DNA from: a virus
Length of the DNA: 64,000 nt
Reading direction: 5' to 3' (one strand)
Virus record (IMG/VR): IMGVR_UViG_3300046780_000427
Coordinates: 8,059 to 72,058 of that record
The translations under genes were made by a program, and so were the position numbers. The notes beneath the pieces were generated by a model that was not told where the DNA came from, did no database searches, and saw only the letters and a list, made by a program, of their open reading frames with translations. Below, in pieces: positions 28,058 to 37,721 of this stretch. Each line of letters starts with the position of its first letter. Position 1 is the stretch's first letter.

Positions 28058-28604
28058 GGGGGATCACTGGCACAGGTGCCTGCGCGATGTCCTCCCGGAC
28101 CCCGGCGATCACCTGGGCGACGGTCTCGGCGGCCAGGTCCCGGAACTGCTGGGTCACGGCGGTGGCGATCACCGCGGCGACCACACTGGACGGGGCGCCG
28201 CGGGTCATGGCTATCCCGGTGGTGTGGTGGAGCTGCCGGGTGATCTCCTGATCGATCAGCTCGGCCAAGGTCAGCTCCTTCCCGGTTGCCAGGCCGGCCG
28301 GGTGGCAGCCGAGGGCGGCGATCTTGTCCCGGACGTGGTGCCGGATCTCCTCCTCAGTGATCTGCGAGGCGCGGGCAGACAGCTCGGCCTCGATGGCGGG
28401 CATCGCCCGGTCCAGCAGGGTGGACACGATCAGGTCCGCCAGGGTGACCGGCAGGCCCCGGCAGGAGGAGTCGTGGTCTTCGGCGTCCACATGGTCCAGG
28501 TCAATGCACGCCTCCCCGAGGTGGTAGACGGGTGTGGCGAGGGTCAGGTCCTCGGCGGTGATGGTGGCTTTCACGGTCATGGGAGGTCCTTCCGGGTTGG
28601 TCAT
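28050..28604 (-). CDS. Hypothetical protein
   Basis: Coupled ORF in leftward operon. Confidence 0.6.
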   Translation of the reverse strand: MTNPEGPPMTVKATITAEDLTLATPVYHLGEACIDLDHVDAEDHDSSCRGLPVTLADLIVSTLLDRAMPAIEAELSARASQITEEEIRHHVRDKIAALGCHPAGLATGKELTLAELIDQEITRQLHHTTGIAMTRGAPSSVVAAVIATAVTQQFRDLAAETVAQVIAGVREDIAQAPVPVIPRG

Positions 28605-28981
28605 TCGGGATTCAGCCCCTCGGGGGGCACGGTCAGGCCGGTCACAGGTGACAGGCGCCCGTCATCATCAGGCAGGAACCAGCCGATGCGGGCCGGCAGC
28701 GGGCCGAGGGCAGGCTGCCAGTACAGCACCGGCACGGACAGGGTGGCGGCCCTGGTGCCGTGCCGGGTGACGATGTATCCGAGGTCCCGGGCCAGGCGGG
28801 CGAACTGGTGGGTGAGGCCGTGGCAACCCGGCGGAACGTTCCCGGTGCCGCAGAACAGCAGCCGGTTCGACAGCCGGTTGTCAGCCCGGTTGCCGAGGAT
28901 GCGATGATGCCCGGCGAACGGCCCTGCCATGGTTCCGCAGGCAACGCACCGCCTGTCGCGGGCGATCAGATCACCGTCCAC
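28601..28981 (-). CDS. HNH endonuclease-like protein
   Basis: RDRRCVACG...HHR...SN..LFCGTG....GCHG..H. Confidence 0.7.
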   Translation of the reverse strand: MDGDLIARDRRCVACGTMAGPFAGHHRILGNRADNRLSNRLLFCGTGNVPPGCHGLTHQFARLARDLGYIVTRHGTRAATLSVPVLYWQPALGPLPARIGWFLPDDDGRLSPVTGLTVPPEGLNPE

Positions 28982-29249
28982 CGGGGGCCTCCGGGGTCGC
29001 GTCGATGATCAGGTCACGGAAGGCGTTGAGGTCGGCCAGCCTGTCGGCGGGGATAATCAGCCGGATCACGTCCGGAGAGCCGACCCCGGCGAGGTACTGC
29101 ATGATCATGCCGTCATCCCCGACGACGGTCGCGGCCAGGGACGTGACCCGGCCATCGGGGATGGCCTGGCGGATCATGTCCGCGAGCATCCCGAGGGCCA
29201 CGGTCCTAGCTACCTCAGCCTTCGCCTTGGTGATCGGTTGGTCTACCAC
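28971..29249 (-). CDS. Hypothetical protein
   Basis: GAGGGG RBS before GTG. Confidence 0.55.
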   Translation of the reverse strand: MVDQPITKAKAEVARTVALGMLADMIRQAIPDGRVTSLAATVVGDDGMIMQYLAGVGSPDVIRLIIPADRLADLNAFRDLIIDATPEAPGGR

Positions 29250-29259
29250 AGGTGTCCCC

Positions 29260-29943
29260 TCAGAACTTCTGGCAGGTGCCGGTGTGCTCGGCATGGCGGG
29301 CCCGGCCGGGACCGGGGTCCTCACCTTCGGTGAGTTCCCGGGAGTGCCAGGTCCCGTCCGGGGCGGCCCAGACCTCGACCAGGCCGGCCGGGTCGGGGGC
29401 AGGGAGGACCGGGACCTCTATCCCGGCACCGCCGGTGATCCCGTTCGCGGCCTTGAATGCTTCTGCCTGGGCGGGGTCCAGGTCGGTGGCCAGGACCGGG
29501 GTGCCGCATTTACACACCCGCCGGGGGCACGGGCACGTCGGCCTGGTACCGCAGACAATCCCGCTGGTCCCGTCGCCGGTGGTGAACGGGACACACCCGG
29601 AGGGTCCTTTGGCCCGGCACCGGCCTTTGTGGGCCCGGTGCCTGCAGGAGCACTTGGCAGCAGGGGCCTTGCGGGCCCGGAACGCATCAGCGTCGGGGCA
29701 GTCCGCGAAGTGGGACTTGCCGCGGTGCTCGGCCGGGCGCAGGGCCTCCAGCGGGCCGAGGACCCGGTAACGCAGGTTCGACAGCCCGTCATACCAGACG
29801 GCCAGGTTCCCCTCATGCGTGCACGCATCCCCGGCGCCGGGGCACGGTGCGGGCCTGGTGACCGGCATGGCCGTCCCGCCGCTCACGGGGCGGGCGTCGT
29901 CAATCCATGCCCGACACCTGGGACCCGAGCACCGTCTAGGCAT
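29260..29943 (-). CDS. Cys-rich hypothetical protein
   Basis: Several Zn-ribbon-like motifs (SHFADCPDA, HTGTC). Confidence 0.55.
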   Translation of the reverse strand: MPRRCSGPRCRAWIDDARPVSGGTAMPVTRPAPCPGAGDACTHEGNLAVWYDGLSNLRYRVLGPLEALRPAEHRGKSHFADCPDADAFRARKAPAAKCSCRHRAHKGRCRAKGPSGCVPFTTGDGTSGIVCGTRPTCPCPRRVCKCGTPVLATDLDPAQAEAFKAANGITGGAGIEVPVLPAPDPAGLVEVWAAPDGTWHSRELTEGEDPGPGRARHAEHTGTCQKF

Positions 29944-30199
29944 GGCCGTCCCCGGGCTGGTCGAGTTCGCCAGCCTTGATCGCTCCTGTCAGCGCCGCCC
30001 AGTCCTGCACTGAGCAGGCCAGGCCCCGGATCCACCCGTGGTCGGTGTTGACCTGGATCATGGAGGTCTCGCCGCCGTGCGGGCCGGGGATGCCGATGAT
30101 GACCGCCTGGTGCTCATGCCCAGGGTGCGGGGTTTCGGTGGGCAGGAGGACCAGGAACGGCCCCGCCATCACCTGCCGCACCGGGCGGCCGTCAGCCAT
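29936..30199 (-). CDS. Hypothetical protein
   Basis: Coupled ORF. Confidence 0.55.
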   Translation of the reverse strand: MADGRPVRQVMAGPFLVLLPTETPHPGHEHQAVIIGIPGPHGGETSMIQVNTDHGWIRGLACSVQDWAALTGAIKAGELDQPGDGHA

Positions 30200-30545
30200 G
30201 GCCGGCGGGGATCAGGGTGTCATCGGTGACAGGCCACGGTCCCGGTTTGGCCCCGTGGCCCCAGGCCAGGACCTCCGGCAGGGACCAGGACCCGGGCAGG
30301 GACGTGGACTCGACGTGGTCACAGTTCGTGCACCGCCACAGGATCTCCGTCGCCTTCGGCACCGCCCCCATGGCGGTGGCGAACGAGTCCGCCTTGGACA
30401 CTGCGACGGCCATCAGGTCGTCGTGGCCGCAGTCAGCGGGATGCCACCTGTTGAACGCCCAGATGACGCCCATGAGGCCGGCGCACGCTACGAGCTGCGC
30501 GGCGAGGAGCCAGGCGAGCAGCCCGGTCACAGGGTCATGAAGCAT
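30192..30545 (-). CDS. Hypothetical membrane-anchored Zn-ribbon protein
   Basis: TM helix plus CTNC. Confidence 0.5.
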   Translation of the reverse strand: MLHDPVTGLLAWLLAAQLVACAGLMGVIWAFNRWHPADCGHDDLMAVAVSKADSFATAMGAVPKATEILWRCTNCDHVESTSLPGSWSLPEVLAWGHGAKPGPWPVTDDTLIPAGHG

Positions 30546-31800
30546 TGGCGTCTGCCCCCCTGTCCTGGTCGCTGCCGGGCTCGATGAACCACGGCGGCGG
30601 CGGCACCAGGTCCCGGTCCCACGCGCCGATGTCCTCAGCCCACCACAGCAGGGCCAGCCCGGCGGGGGTGGAACCAGCCATGCCAAGCAGGGCCTCGATC
30701 CGCTCGACGGCAAGGCGGGCCTCGGTGGCGGTCAGGTCAGACAGGCCGGTGATCTCCTGGGCCTCGGTGCCCTCGGGGGCGGCGGCGGCCGCAGCCAGGG
30801 TCTTGCGCACCCCGGCCCACTGCGGGCCGTGGAGGTTCGCGGCCTTGAAGATCACGCCGAGCCGGTTGAGGCAGTCACCTTTCGTCGCCGGCCTGGCGTC
30901 CCGGCGGCCCTCAACGCGGGCGGTGATCGCACCGGCCTGGACGGTGCCGCCGCCGGACAGGAGCGCGGGCACCGCGTCAGGGTCGGGGGCGTCGATCTCC
31001 TCCCCGACCGGCTGGGCCACGTCCAGGCCCGCAGGCGGGTCGGAAGCCATCGCGGCCGCGCGGGTCACCGACACCCGGTACTCGGGGGACGTGGGGGTGG
31101 ATCCGCGGTGCTTCTTGGCAGCGGTTTTCTTCCACATGTCCTCCGTCCAGTCACCCTCATTCGGCCAGGTGCCCCAGAAGGAGGCCCCGGCGCGGGACTT
31201 GTCGTAATGCTTCTTGACCTCACGCGGGGTCATCACGGTGGGGAAGGTGGTCCCGCCGGACAGCAGACGGACGTAGCAGTAGACCCCGGTGAGTTTCCCC
31301 CGGTCCTGCGGGTCGGCCAGCCCCGGTTGCCCGGAGTCGTTGGCGGCGATGTGGTGCTCGGGGACCCGCATCGTGGACGGGTCCCAGGCGAACTGGTCGC
31401 CGGCGCGGACGGCCTCGATCACCACGGCCTCGGCCTCCCCGGAGCGGTACATCAGCTCCACCTCGCCGGTCCAGTGCTTGACGAACACGATCGACCAGCC
31501 GTGATTCTCCGGGTTCTTGGTGTCGGCGAACGGGATGTAGAACCCGGTATCGCCGGGCATGAGGCCGAACCGTGCACACTCGGCCATCGCGGACAGGAAC
31601 GCCCGCGGGTTCGCGTCGGCGGCTTCTTTCAGGTGCTTGACCTTGCCGAGCTGGGCGAGGGAGAGCTGCACGAACGCATCAGCGTTGACGTGGGAGGCAG
31701 CGATCCGGCCGAACCATTCCCGGGCTTCGCGGGCCTGGGCCTCGACGGGTTTGGTTTGGCGCTCGACCGCGCCGGCGACGGTGCCTGCCGCGTGGTTCAT
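30535..31800 (-). CDS. recT: RecT-family single-strand annealing recombinase
   Basis: ECARFGLMPG...YIPF...ELMYRSG...V..GDQF...MWKKTA; adjacent to YqaJ exonuclease. Confidence 0.85.
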   Translation of the reverse strand: MNHAAGTVAGAVERQTKPVEAQAREAREWFGRIAASHVNADAFVQLSLAQLGKVKHLKEAADANPRAFLSAMAECARFGLMPGDTGFYIPFADTKNPENHGWSIVFVKHWTGEVELMYRSGEAEAVVIEAVRAGDQFAWDPSTMRVPEHHIAANDSGQPGLADPQDRGKLTGVYCYVRLLSGGTTFPTVMTPREVKKHYDKSRAGASFWGTWPNEGDWTEDMWKKTAAKKHRGSTPTSPEYRVSVTRAAAMASDPPAGLDVAQPVGEEIDAPDPDAVPALLSGGGTVQAGAITARVEGRRDARPATKGDCLNRLGVIFKAANLHGPQWAGVRKTLAAAAAAPEGTEAQEITGLSDLTATEARLAVERIEALLGMAGSTPAGLALLWWAEDIGAWDRDLVPPPPWFIEPGSDQDRGADANAS

Positions 31801-32816
31801 GGGGTGGTCCTTCCTGGGGTGAGTTTGTCGACGTGCCGGGTGTGAGCCTGGACGGGTGTGTCGCTGATGGACCGGGAGCACACCCGAATGGTCCGCTCCC
31901 GGCCGTCCTCGGGGATGACGACGACCGCGCGGGCGGCATCACCCATCCGGTAGAGGAGCCGGTTCTGCGCCTTGGTCACCTTGGCCTTGGCGCGGGCCTG
32001 CGCGGCGCGGGCCCGGTGGTAGGAACGCCACAGGGACAGCGGCACCCGGACCTCGGTGTCGGTGAGGGACGGGTGCAGTTTGCGCAGGGTCATGGTGGTG
32101 GCGGGCTGGTCGTCTACGTCGGGTTCGTCGCGCTGGTGGAGGCGGCGCAGGAACTTCCCGGCCTCGGCGCGCATCAGGCACAGGTCTGCGTGCACGCCGG
32201 CGTCAGCGGCGGTGATCCGGTAGACGCCGATCTGCCAGGGCATCATCCACAGGACCACGACCAGGATTGACTCGGCGCCGGCGACGTGCATGTTCCATAT
32301 CGCCTGGCACCGCACGCTGACGGGCATGGCCCTGGGCTGGTTGCCGTCGCCGATGACCCCGCGGCCGGGGTCGGCCCACCCGTCCTTGGTGGCCCAGGTC
32401 TTGTACTCGGCCGGGACTACGCCGGGGATCGAGTGCGGGGGCCGGTAGCGGAACAGGTCCGCCGCGACGGCGGAGGCGGCCTCGGTGTCGAGGAGCCACC
32501 TGTCCAGGGTGGCCATCTGCCACGGCTGCCCAGCATGGGCGTAGAGGCCGGCGCGGGCGGTGGCCAGGTGCGGGTGCTCCTCCCGGAGCATCGAGTCCAC
32601 TTCGGCCTCCAGGAGCCTGCCCCGCCTGAGCACGGGCTTGTCCTCGGATTCGATGCCGGACAGTTTCGCGTGGTAGAGGCCGAACGGGGTCAGGTGAACC
32701 GACAGGCCCAGGAGGGATGCCACGTCGGTGCCGGTGATGCCGCCCTTGCGCCGGTCCAGCCACCCGGCCCGGTCAGCGTCGATGGCGTCCTGGGGCATCA
32801 CCAGGACCGTGGTCAC
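31797..32816 (-). CDS. YqaJ-like (lambda exonuclease family) recombinase nuclease
   Basis: WLDRRKGGITGTDVASLLG...G..LE...ATLD...EYKT...Q...M. Confidence 0.9.
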   Translation of the reverse strand: MTTVLVMPQDAIDADRAGWLDRRKGGITGTDVASLLGLSVHLTPFGLYHAKLSGIESEDKPVLRRGRLLEAEVDSMLREEHPHLATARAGLYAHAGQPWQMATLDRWLLDTEAASAVAADLFRYRPPHSIPGVVPAEYKTWATKDGWADPGRGVIGDGNQPRAMPVSVRCQAIWNMHVAGAESILVVVLWMMPWQIGVYRITAADAGVHADLCLMRAEAGKFLRRLHQRDEPDVDDQPATTMTLRKLHPSLTDTEVRVPLSLWRSYHRARAAQARAKAKVTKAQNRLLYRMGDAARAVVVIPEDGRERTIRVCSRSISDTPVQAHTRHVDKLTPGRTTP

Positions 32817-33175
32817 CGGGTCTCCTGGTCGATGCGGACCCCGGCGGCGGACAGGACGGCAAACACGGTAGGCCCGTTGAACTCGGCGAACCTGTCATCC
32901 AGGAGGCCGAGGGCGGCCAGGCCCCGGAGCATCCCGGCGACCCGGACCAGGAACCCGCCGATCACCTCCGGTGGCAGGCCCGGGTAACGGCGGCGCAGGT
33001 CCTCGGCGAAGTTCTCCCCGAGGGACAGGACCTCCGGCCTGTTCTCCTCGGCCTCGTCGGTGGCGAGGAGTTCCGCGTCGGGCAGGTCATCGCCGCCGGG
33101 GTACTTGACACCCTCGGCGCGCATCCGGGCGTAAACCTCCCGGTGCCAGTCGGTGGGCCCATCAGGGCGGGTCAT
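32813..33175 (-). CDS. Hypothetical protein
   Basis: Coupled ORF. Confidence 0.55.
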   Translation of the reverse strand: MTRPDGPTDWHREVYARMRAEGVKYPGGDDLPDAELLATDEAEENRPEVLSLGENFAEDLRRRYPGLPPEVIGGFLVRVAGMLRGLAALGLLDDRFAEFNGPTVFAVLSAAGVRIDQETR

Positions 33176-33675
33176 GGGCGGGCCCCCGGCCAGTTGTGCG
33201 CGGCGCACCAGTGCTGGTAGTCAGTGCGGGTCAGGGCCCGGGCGAGGAGGTCCAGGATCGCCGGGTCCTGCGGGCGGGCGGCGAGGAGGTCCAGGGCGCA
33301 GGCGATCCGGGACCTCGCATCGGCGGCGGCCGCAGCGTCGATAGCGGCCTGGGCCTGGGGCAGTGAGGAGCCAGGCGCATGGATGCACCAGCCGACCGGC
33401 TCATGCGGTTTGGGGGTGGCCGGGCACTCGGTGTCTGAGCACCACAGGGCAGGCTCGGGGGCCAGGTGGTGCCTGCGGATGGGCGGGTCGGCGCCGAGGT
33501 GGGCATCGATGCCGGCGACCAGGCCGCCGGCGAGCGCGCACAGCCGCTCCTCCGTGGCTGCTGTCGCGTCCCCGAGGGTGTGTGCGCCTTCGTAGGTGAA
33601 GGTGATCTGCACGTCTACGTGGGTGCGCCGGGTCATCCCCTCGCGGGTGACCAGGGTCTCCGGGTCTGCTCTCAT
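33172..33675 (-). CDS. Hypothetical protein
   Basis: Coupled ORF; AGGAG RBS. Confidence 0.55.
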   Translation of the reverse strand: MRADPETLVTREGMTRRTHVDVQITFTYEGAHTLGDATAATEERLCALAGGLVAGIDAHLGADPPIRRHHLAPEPALWCSDTECPATPKPHEPVGWCIHAPGSSLPQAQAAIDAAAAADARSRIACALDLLAARPQDPAILDLLARALTRTDYQHWCAAHNWPGARP

Positions 33676-33893
33676 CGTTCGCTCCTGGGCCGGACCACGC
33701 CGGCGGTTGTGCGGCGGCGGCCGGTGATCCCGCCGGGCATCGGCAGGACCGGCTCGGTGAACCTGCCAGGGTCGGTCTGCCGGGCCCGCAGGGTCTCCAC
33801 ATCCTCCATGACCGGGGACTTGCGGCCCTGCGCGGCCAGTTTCCGGGCGTACTTGGACTGCCTGCCCTGCACTGCGGGGCGGGGCCGGGTCAC
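33672..33893 (-). CDS. Small basic hypothetical protein
   Basis: QSKYARKLA; coupled. Confidence 0.5.
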   Translation of the reverse strand: MTRPRPAVQGRQSKYARKLAAQGRKSPVMEDVETLRARQTDPGRFTEPVLPMPGGITGRRRTTAGVVRPRSER

Positions 33894-34144
33894 CGGGCAC
33901 CTGCGTGCACGGACGGGTCCGCGGCCTCAGCGGCGTCGCGGGCCTTAGACCGGGCCAGGGTCTCCGCGTAGATGGTTTCGGCGCGGGAGTAGGTGGACGG
34001 CGCGGCGGTGGCGAGGGTCGCGTGGATCCGCGCCTGGGCACGGAACCCGACAGCCTCGCTGGTGTCGGTGGTGGTCGCGGCCAGCTCCAGGAGCAGGCAC
34101 GCCTGCCGGTAGTGCTCGGCAGGGGACGGCAAAGATTCGAGCAT
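33890..34144 (-). CDS. Hypothetical protein, first gene of leftward operon
   Basis: AEHYRQA..LL...ARIHATLA motif; GGAGAGAGGGAAC RBS. Confidence 0.65.
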   Translation of the reverse strand: MLESLPSPAEHYRQACLLLELAATTTDTSEAVGFRAQARIHATLATAAPSTYSRAETIYAETLARSKARDAAEAADPSVHAGAR

Positions 34145-34613
34145 CGGGTTCCCTCTCTCCGGTAGGTCTTCCCTCACAACCTACGGTATAGGCCGACGGG
34201 GGTTCATGCAATCACCTACGTCTGACAGAACCGTGTGACCTGCCGGTACTTCCCCCTCCGGGGGTCCTCGGGTAGCATGTGGCGTGAAGGGTGTTCCTTC
34301 CAAGGATGGGTAGCGAGACCTCCCCGGAACTGGTGGTGTTCCCCCCTCTCTCCAGCGGGCCGCCCGGTCCCGGGGGTACTCAGCCCCCCGGCACCGAGGC
34401 GGCCCGCACAGTTTCCCGCCCTGGGCAGCCCGGTCTAACAGGTCTAAACTCGGCCTCACCCTGTAACGACATAGGCACGCGTTACGGTGGGCTTGGAGAG
34501 AGCATTACCCGTGGTTAGGGGACTGGCCACGTCTTGACCGACCACAGGACCTTGGAGGGCTGAGTATGCGTCACCTGCCGCATCCACCAAGGACCAGCCC
34601 GGCACCTGCCGCC

Positions 34614-34632
34614 TGTCAACCGAGTATTGACA
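34614..34632. promoter_or_regulatory. TGTCAA-N7-TTGACA palindrome upstream of replication operon
   Basis: gcctgtcaa ccgagta ttgacaggc. Confidence 0.75.
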
Positions 34633-34660
34633 GGCACCCGCAGCAGCCGGGCTGTCCAGC

Positions 34661-35140
34661 ATGACCACCACCACAACCCGCCCCGGGCCCGCAGGATCGC
34701 TCCCGGGCCCGCGGGGACTACCAGCCAGCCAGGCTGAGGCCATCACGATCATCCTCGGCCTGTCCGACTCCCTCGATCAGATGCGCGCCTACGCCGGCGC
34801 GCTCTACCGCGCCGGCGTGCTCGAGGGGAGACGCCAGGCAGCCGGGTACTGCCCCGGCCACCGGGAACAGATCGCCGAAGCGTTCCTCGCGGGTGAACGC
34901 CAGGCCCGCGCCGATGACCTGCCCGCGTTTGATGCCGGGTTCGCCGCATGCTGGCAGCGGTTCGCGGTGGAGATCGCCACCAGGTCAGCGCCGCCGCGCT
35001 CCGGCAGGTGGCGGCGCCCGGTGTGCGGGGACCTGACCTGCGGCCGGGAAGCATGCCAGCCGAGACCCCGGCGGAAACGGGAACCGCACGACCAGGCAGC
35101 CATGATCACCCGTGCCCGCGAGTCCTGGGGGCTGACATGA
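34661..35140 (+). CDS. Hypothetical protein upstream of helicase
   Basis: ATGA-coupled to helicase. Confidence 0.55.
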   Translation: MTTTTTRPGPAGSLPGPRGLPASQAEAITIILGLSDSLDQMRAYAGALYRAGVLEGRRQAAGYCPGHREQIAEAFLAGERQARADDLPAFDAGFAACWQRFAVEIATRSAPPRSGRWRRPVCGDLTCGREACQPRPRRKREPHDQAAMITRARESWGLT

Positions 35141-36255
35141 CCGCACAGGACTGGTCAGACTCCATCAGCCCCGAGGAGTACGCGGCCGAGCGGATCACCG
35201 CCCTGCGCGCCTGCCTCTACCCGGTGGAGGACCTGGGGAAAATCCCGGCCCCGGTCAGCCTGGTGGACCACTGGCTCACGATGACGTCCCTCAACTGGCT
35301 GTTCGGCGACCGGGGGTCGTTCAAGTCGTTCGTGGCGATCGACTTCGCCGGGTGTGTCGGCACCGGCAAGTCATGGCACGGGCATGAGACCCGGCAGTCC
35401 CCCGTCCTGTACTGCGCGCTAGAAGGCGCACCCGGCCTCTACCAGCGGGTAAGGGCCTGGGAGGACCATGCCGGTGAGGAGATGACCGGCGTCCACTTCC
35501 TGGTCCCCAGATCCCTCCAGGTCGTGGATGACGGGGCCGTGCTCGCCGGCCTGGCTGCCGAGCTGGGCGCGGGCCTGGTCATCATCGACACGCAGAACCG
35601 TGCGACGGTCGGACTGGAGGAGAACTCCTCTATCGACATGGGCCGGATGATCGCTGCGATGGACCGGATCCAGCACGCCACCGGCGGGTGCGTCCTGACC
35701 ATCCACCACACCGCCGCCGGCTCCCACCGGCCCCGAGGCCACACGTCCATTGACGCGGCCGCTGCGGCGATGATCCGGGTGTCCTGCGACGGGGGCCTGG
35801 TCAAGGTCACCAACGAGAAGCAAAAGGACGGCCCCCGCGCGGGGATGATGCTGCTCAACGCGACCCCCCGCCTGGACTCGGTGGTCCTCACCGCGGACTC
35901 CGGGGTCGTCCTGACCGACTCGATGCGCACCGTCCTGGCCGCGTTGCGGAACCTGAATGAGACCGAAGGACCCGTGACCAACGCGCAGGTCAAACGGGCA
36001 TGCACCTCCCAGGGGATGCCGGAGGCAACGTTCAACTGGGCGCTGCGGGAGCTGAAGAACCGCGGGCAGGTCGAGCGGATCGGCCCGAAGACCGCGCCGA
36101 AGTGGCAACTGGTCGACAAACGTCAGGCCACCCTGGACGGCCCGGGGGAGACCCCGCCTGAGGCCCCGCCCGCATCCAACGGGCACCGGGAAACAGCCGA
36201 CGTGCCCGAAAGCCCGTGGGGAGCAGGGACCGCCGGTGAAGCAGCCCAGGTGTAA
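35137..36255 (+). CDS. AAA_25/RepA-like helicase with C-terminal winged helix
   Basis: Walker A GDRGSFKS, LEG, Walker B LVIIDT, ENSS, IHH, RGHTS. Confidence 0.85.
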   Translation: MTAQDWSDSISPEEYAAERITALRACLYPVEDLGKIPAPVSLVDHWLTMTSLNWLFGDRGSFKSFVAIDFAGCVGTGKSWHGHETRQSPVLYCALEGAPGLYQRVRAWEDHAGEEMTGVHFLVPRSLQVVDDGAVLAGLAAELGAGLVIIDTQNRATVGLEENSSIDMGRMIAAMDRIQHATGGCVLTIHHTAAGSHRPRGHTSIDAAAAAMIRVSCDGGLVKVTNEKQKDGPRAGMMLLNATPRLDSVVLTADSGVVLTDSMRTVLAALRNLNETEGPVTNAQVKRACTSQGMPEATFNWALRELKNRGQVERIGPKTAPKWQLVDKRQATLDGPGETPPEAPPASNGHRETADVPESPWGAGTAGEAAQV

Positions 36256-36600
36256 CACGGCTGTAGGAACGGGCGGTTACACCCGTTCCCACCTGCGGCA
36301 GAACCGCTCCTGTCGGTGCCGCTCTTTCCAGCTGTCACAGCACGGTCACAGGCATAGTTACAGCAACCGCGCGAATGCGGTTGCCGCTCTTAGGTTTGTG
36401 ACTACGGATCCGTCTAAATCTCTGACGGTGAGAGGTTGTCTCCAGGACAGGGGGGTGGCCGCTCCGCGACCCCCCCTCGGGCACCCGCAGGGCACCCTAA
36501 ACCAGGACCTGGGGTCAATCCTAGTCCCCCCTGTCAACCCCCAGATGTTTGTAGGAACCCTACAAACTAGCGTTCCTACCTGCGGAAACGGGAGGAACAG
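36250..36600. other. Candidate replication origin
   Basis: Non-coding, lower GC, several inverted repeats (gtgtaac/gttacac; gcaaccgc/gcggttgc; gtttgtagg/cctacaaac) and repeated GTAGGAAC. Confidence 0.45.
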
Positions 36601-36753
36601 ATGAGGACAGGCCAGCGGTCAGCGGTCCAGCGTGCGCAGCGCGACGGGACCTGCCCGCAGTGCCACCGCCCGATCCGGCGGGGAAACTGGATCCACCCGC
36701 TCGGGGACCTATGGCTGTGCATCCGGTGCTGGCCGAGGAGGGAGACCCCATGA
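36601..36753 (+). CDS. Small Zn-finger protein
   Basis: GGAGG RBS; CPQC...LCIRC. Confidence 0.6.
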   Translation: MRTGQRSAVQRAQRDGTCPQCHRPIRRGNWIHPLGDLWLCIRCWPRRETP

Positions 36754-37199
36754 CGTGCTCGACCAGGCCGGTGGTGCAGTGCACGCCGGACAGCCGCCAC
36801 CACCGCCGCCAGTTCGCCCGGATGACCGCGCAGGACTCGGCGCTGATCGCCATCACCGACCACGGGGCAGGGCCACGGAACGTGGCGAATCTCAAAAGGC
36901 TGGTGCCGATCACCCCGCCAGGCGGGGCTCCCGCCGAGGATGGCCGGTGTGAGGCGTGCTACCACAACCCGGCGTACTCCTGGGCGCAGGACCTCATCCT
37001 GCATCAGCTCCTCGCCGGGCAACCAGCCCCGGTGCGGATCCTCACCCGGCTGCCGCCGTGGCGGGCGGTGATGCTGGCCCGCGCTGCGGTGGCCCTGGGC
37101 CCGGGGATCTCGGTCGGCACCGTGGACCGGCTCCTGGCCGAGGCCCGCAGGGTCGGCGGGGCCGGGGTCCTTACCGAGGGCTGGTGGAACGGTGCCTAG
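36750..37199 (+). CDS. Hypothetical protein
   Basis: ATGA-coupled. Confidence 0.5.
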   Translation: MTCSTRPVVQCTPDSRHHRRQFARMTAQDSALIAITDHGAGPRNVANLKRLVPITPPGGAPAEDGRCEACYHNPAYSWAQDLILHQLLAGQPAPVRILTRLPPWRAVMLARAAVALGPGISVGTVDRLLAEARRVGGAGVLTEGWWNGA

Positions 37200-37371
37200 C
37201 GGTGAGGAGTTCCGCCGCAAGGTCCGGGAGGCCCAGGCCGCGCAGGCTCACGTGGCGAGGACCGCACGGGGCAGGCCCCGCCGGCGTGCCGGGGTCGCCG
37301 CCGTGTCGGGCCCCGGTATGGTTCGCAAGCTTCCGCCGCCACCTGAGCGGCGTGAGGAGAAGGAGGAATGA
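37192..37371 (+). CDS. Small basic hypothetical protein
   Basis: Fills gap, overlaps both neighbours. Confidence 0.4.
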   Translation: MPSGEEFRRKVREAQAAQAHVARTARGRPRRRAGVAAVSGPGMVRKLPPPPERREEKEE

Positions 37372-37721
37372 TGGCTCAATCCGTGAACCTGGCAGGCACC
37401 ATGCCAGGGGAGTCCGTCAACGGCCTGTACGCGATCGTGGAGGACCTGATCAAGGACGGCCGCAGGCTCCGCCTGGTCGTCGGCCTGGTCGACACCGACA
37501 CGATCAAGGTCAAGGTCGCCACCGGCGACCAGATACCCGTGATCCAGTTCCGGCACCTGGAGGTCGCAGACCGCACCCCGCAGGCGGAGGCCGCCGGGGA
37601 GATCCTGCACGAACTCCTCACCGCCCGCACCGGGCAGGCTGAGCTGATGCTGCCGTTCACCCCGGGGTCGTTCGCCCCGCCACCGCAACCGAAGGCCGGC
37701 CGCGCCGGCGAGGAGGACTGA
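37368..37721 (+). CDS. Hypothetical protein
   Basis: AAGGAGG RBS; R.G...LPF C-terminal motif common in actinophages. Confidence 0.65.
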   Translation: MMAQSVNLAGTMPGESVNGLYAIVEDLIKDGRRLRLVVGLVDTDTIKVKVATGDQIPVIQFRHLEVADRTPQAEAAGEILHELLTARTGQAELMLPFTPGSFAPPPQPKAGRAGEED

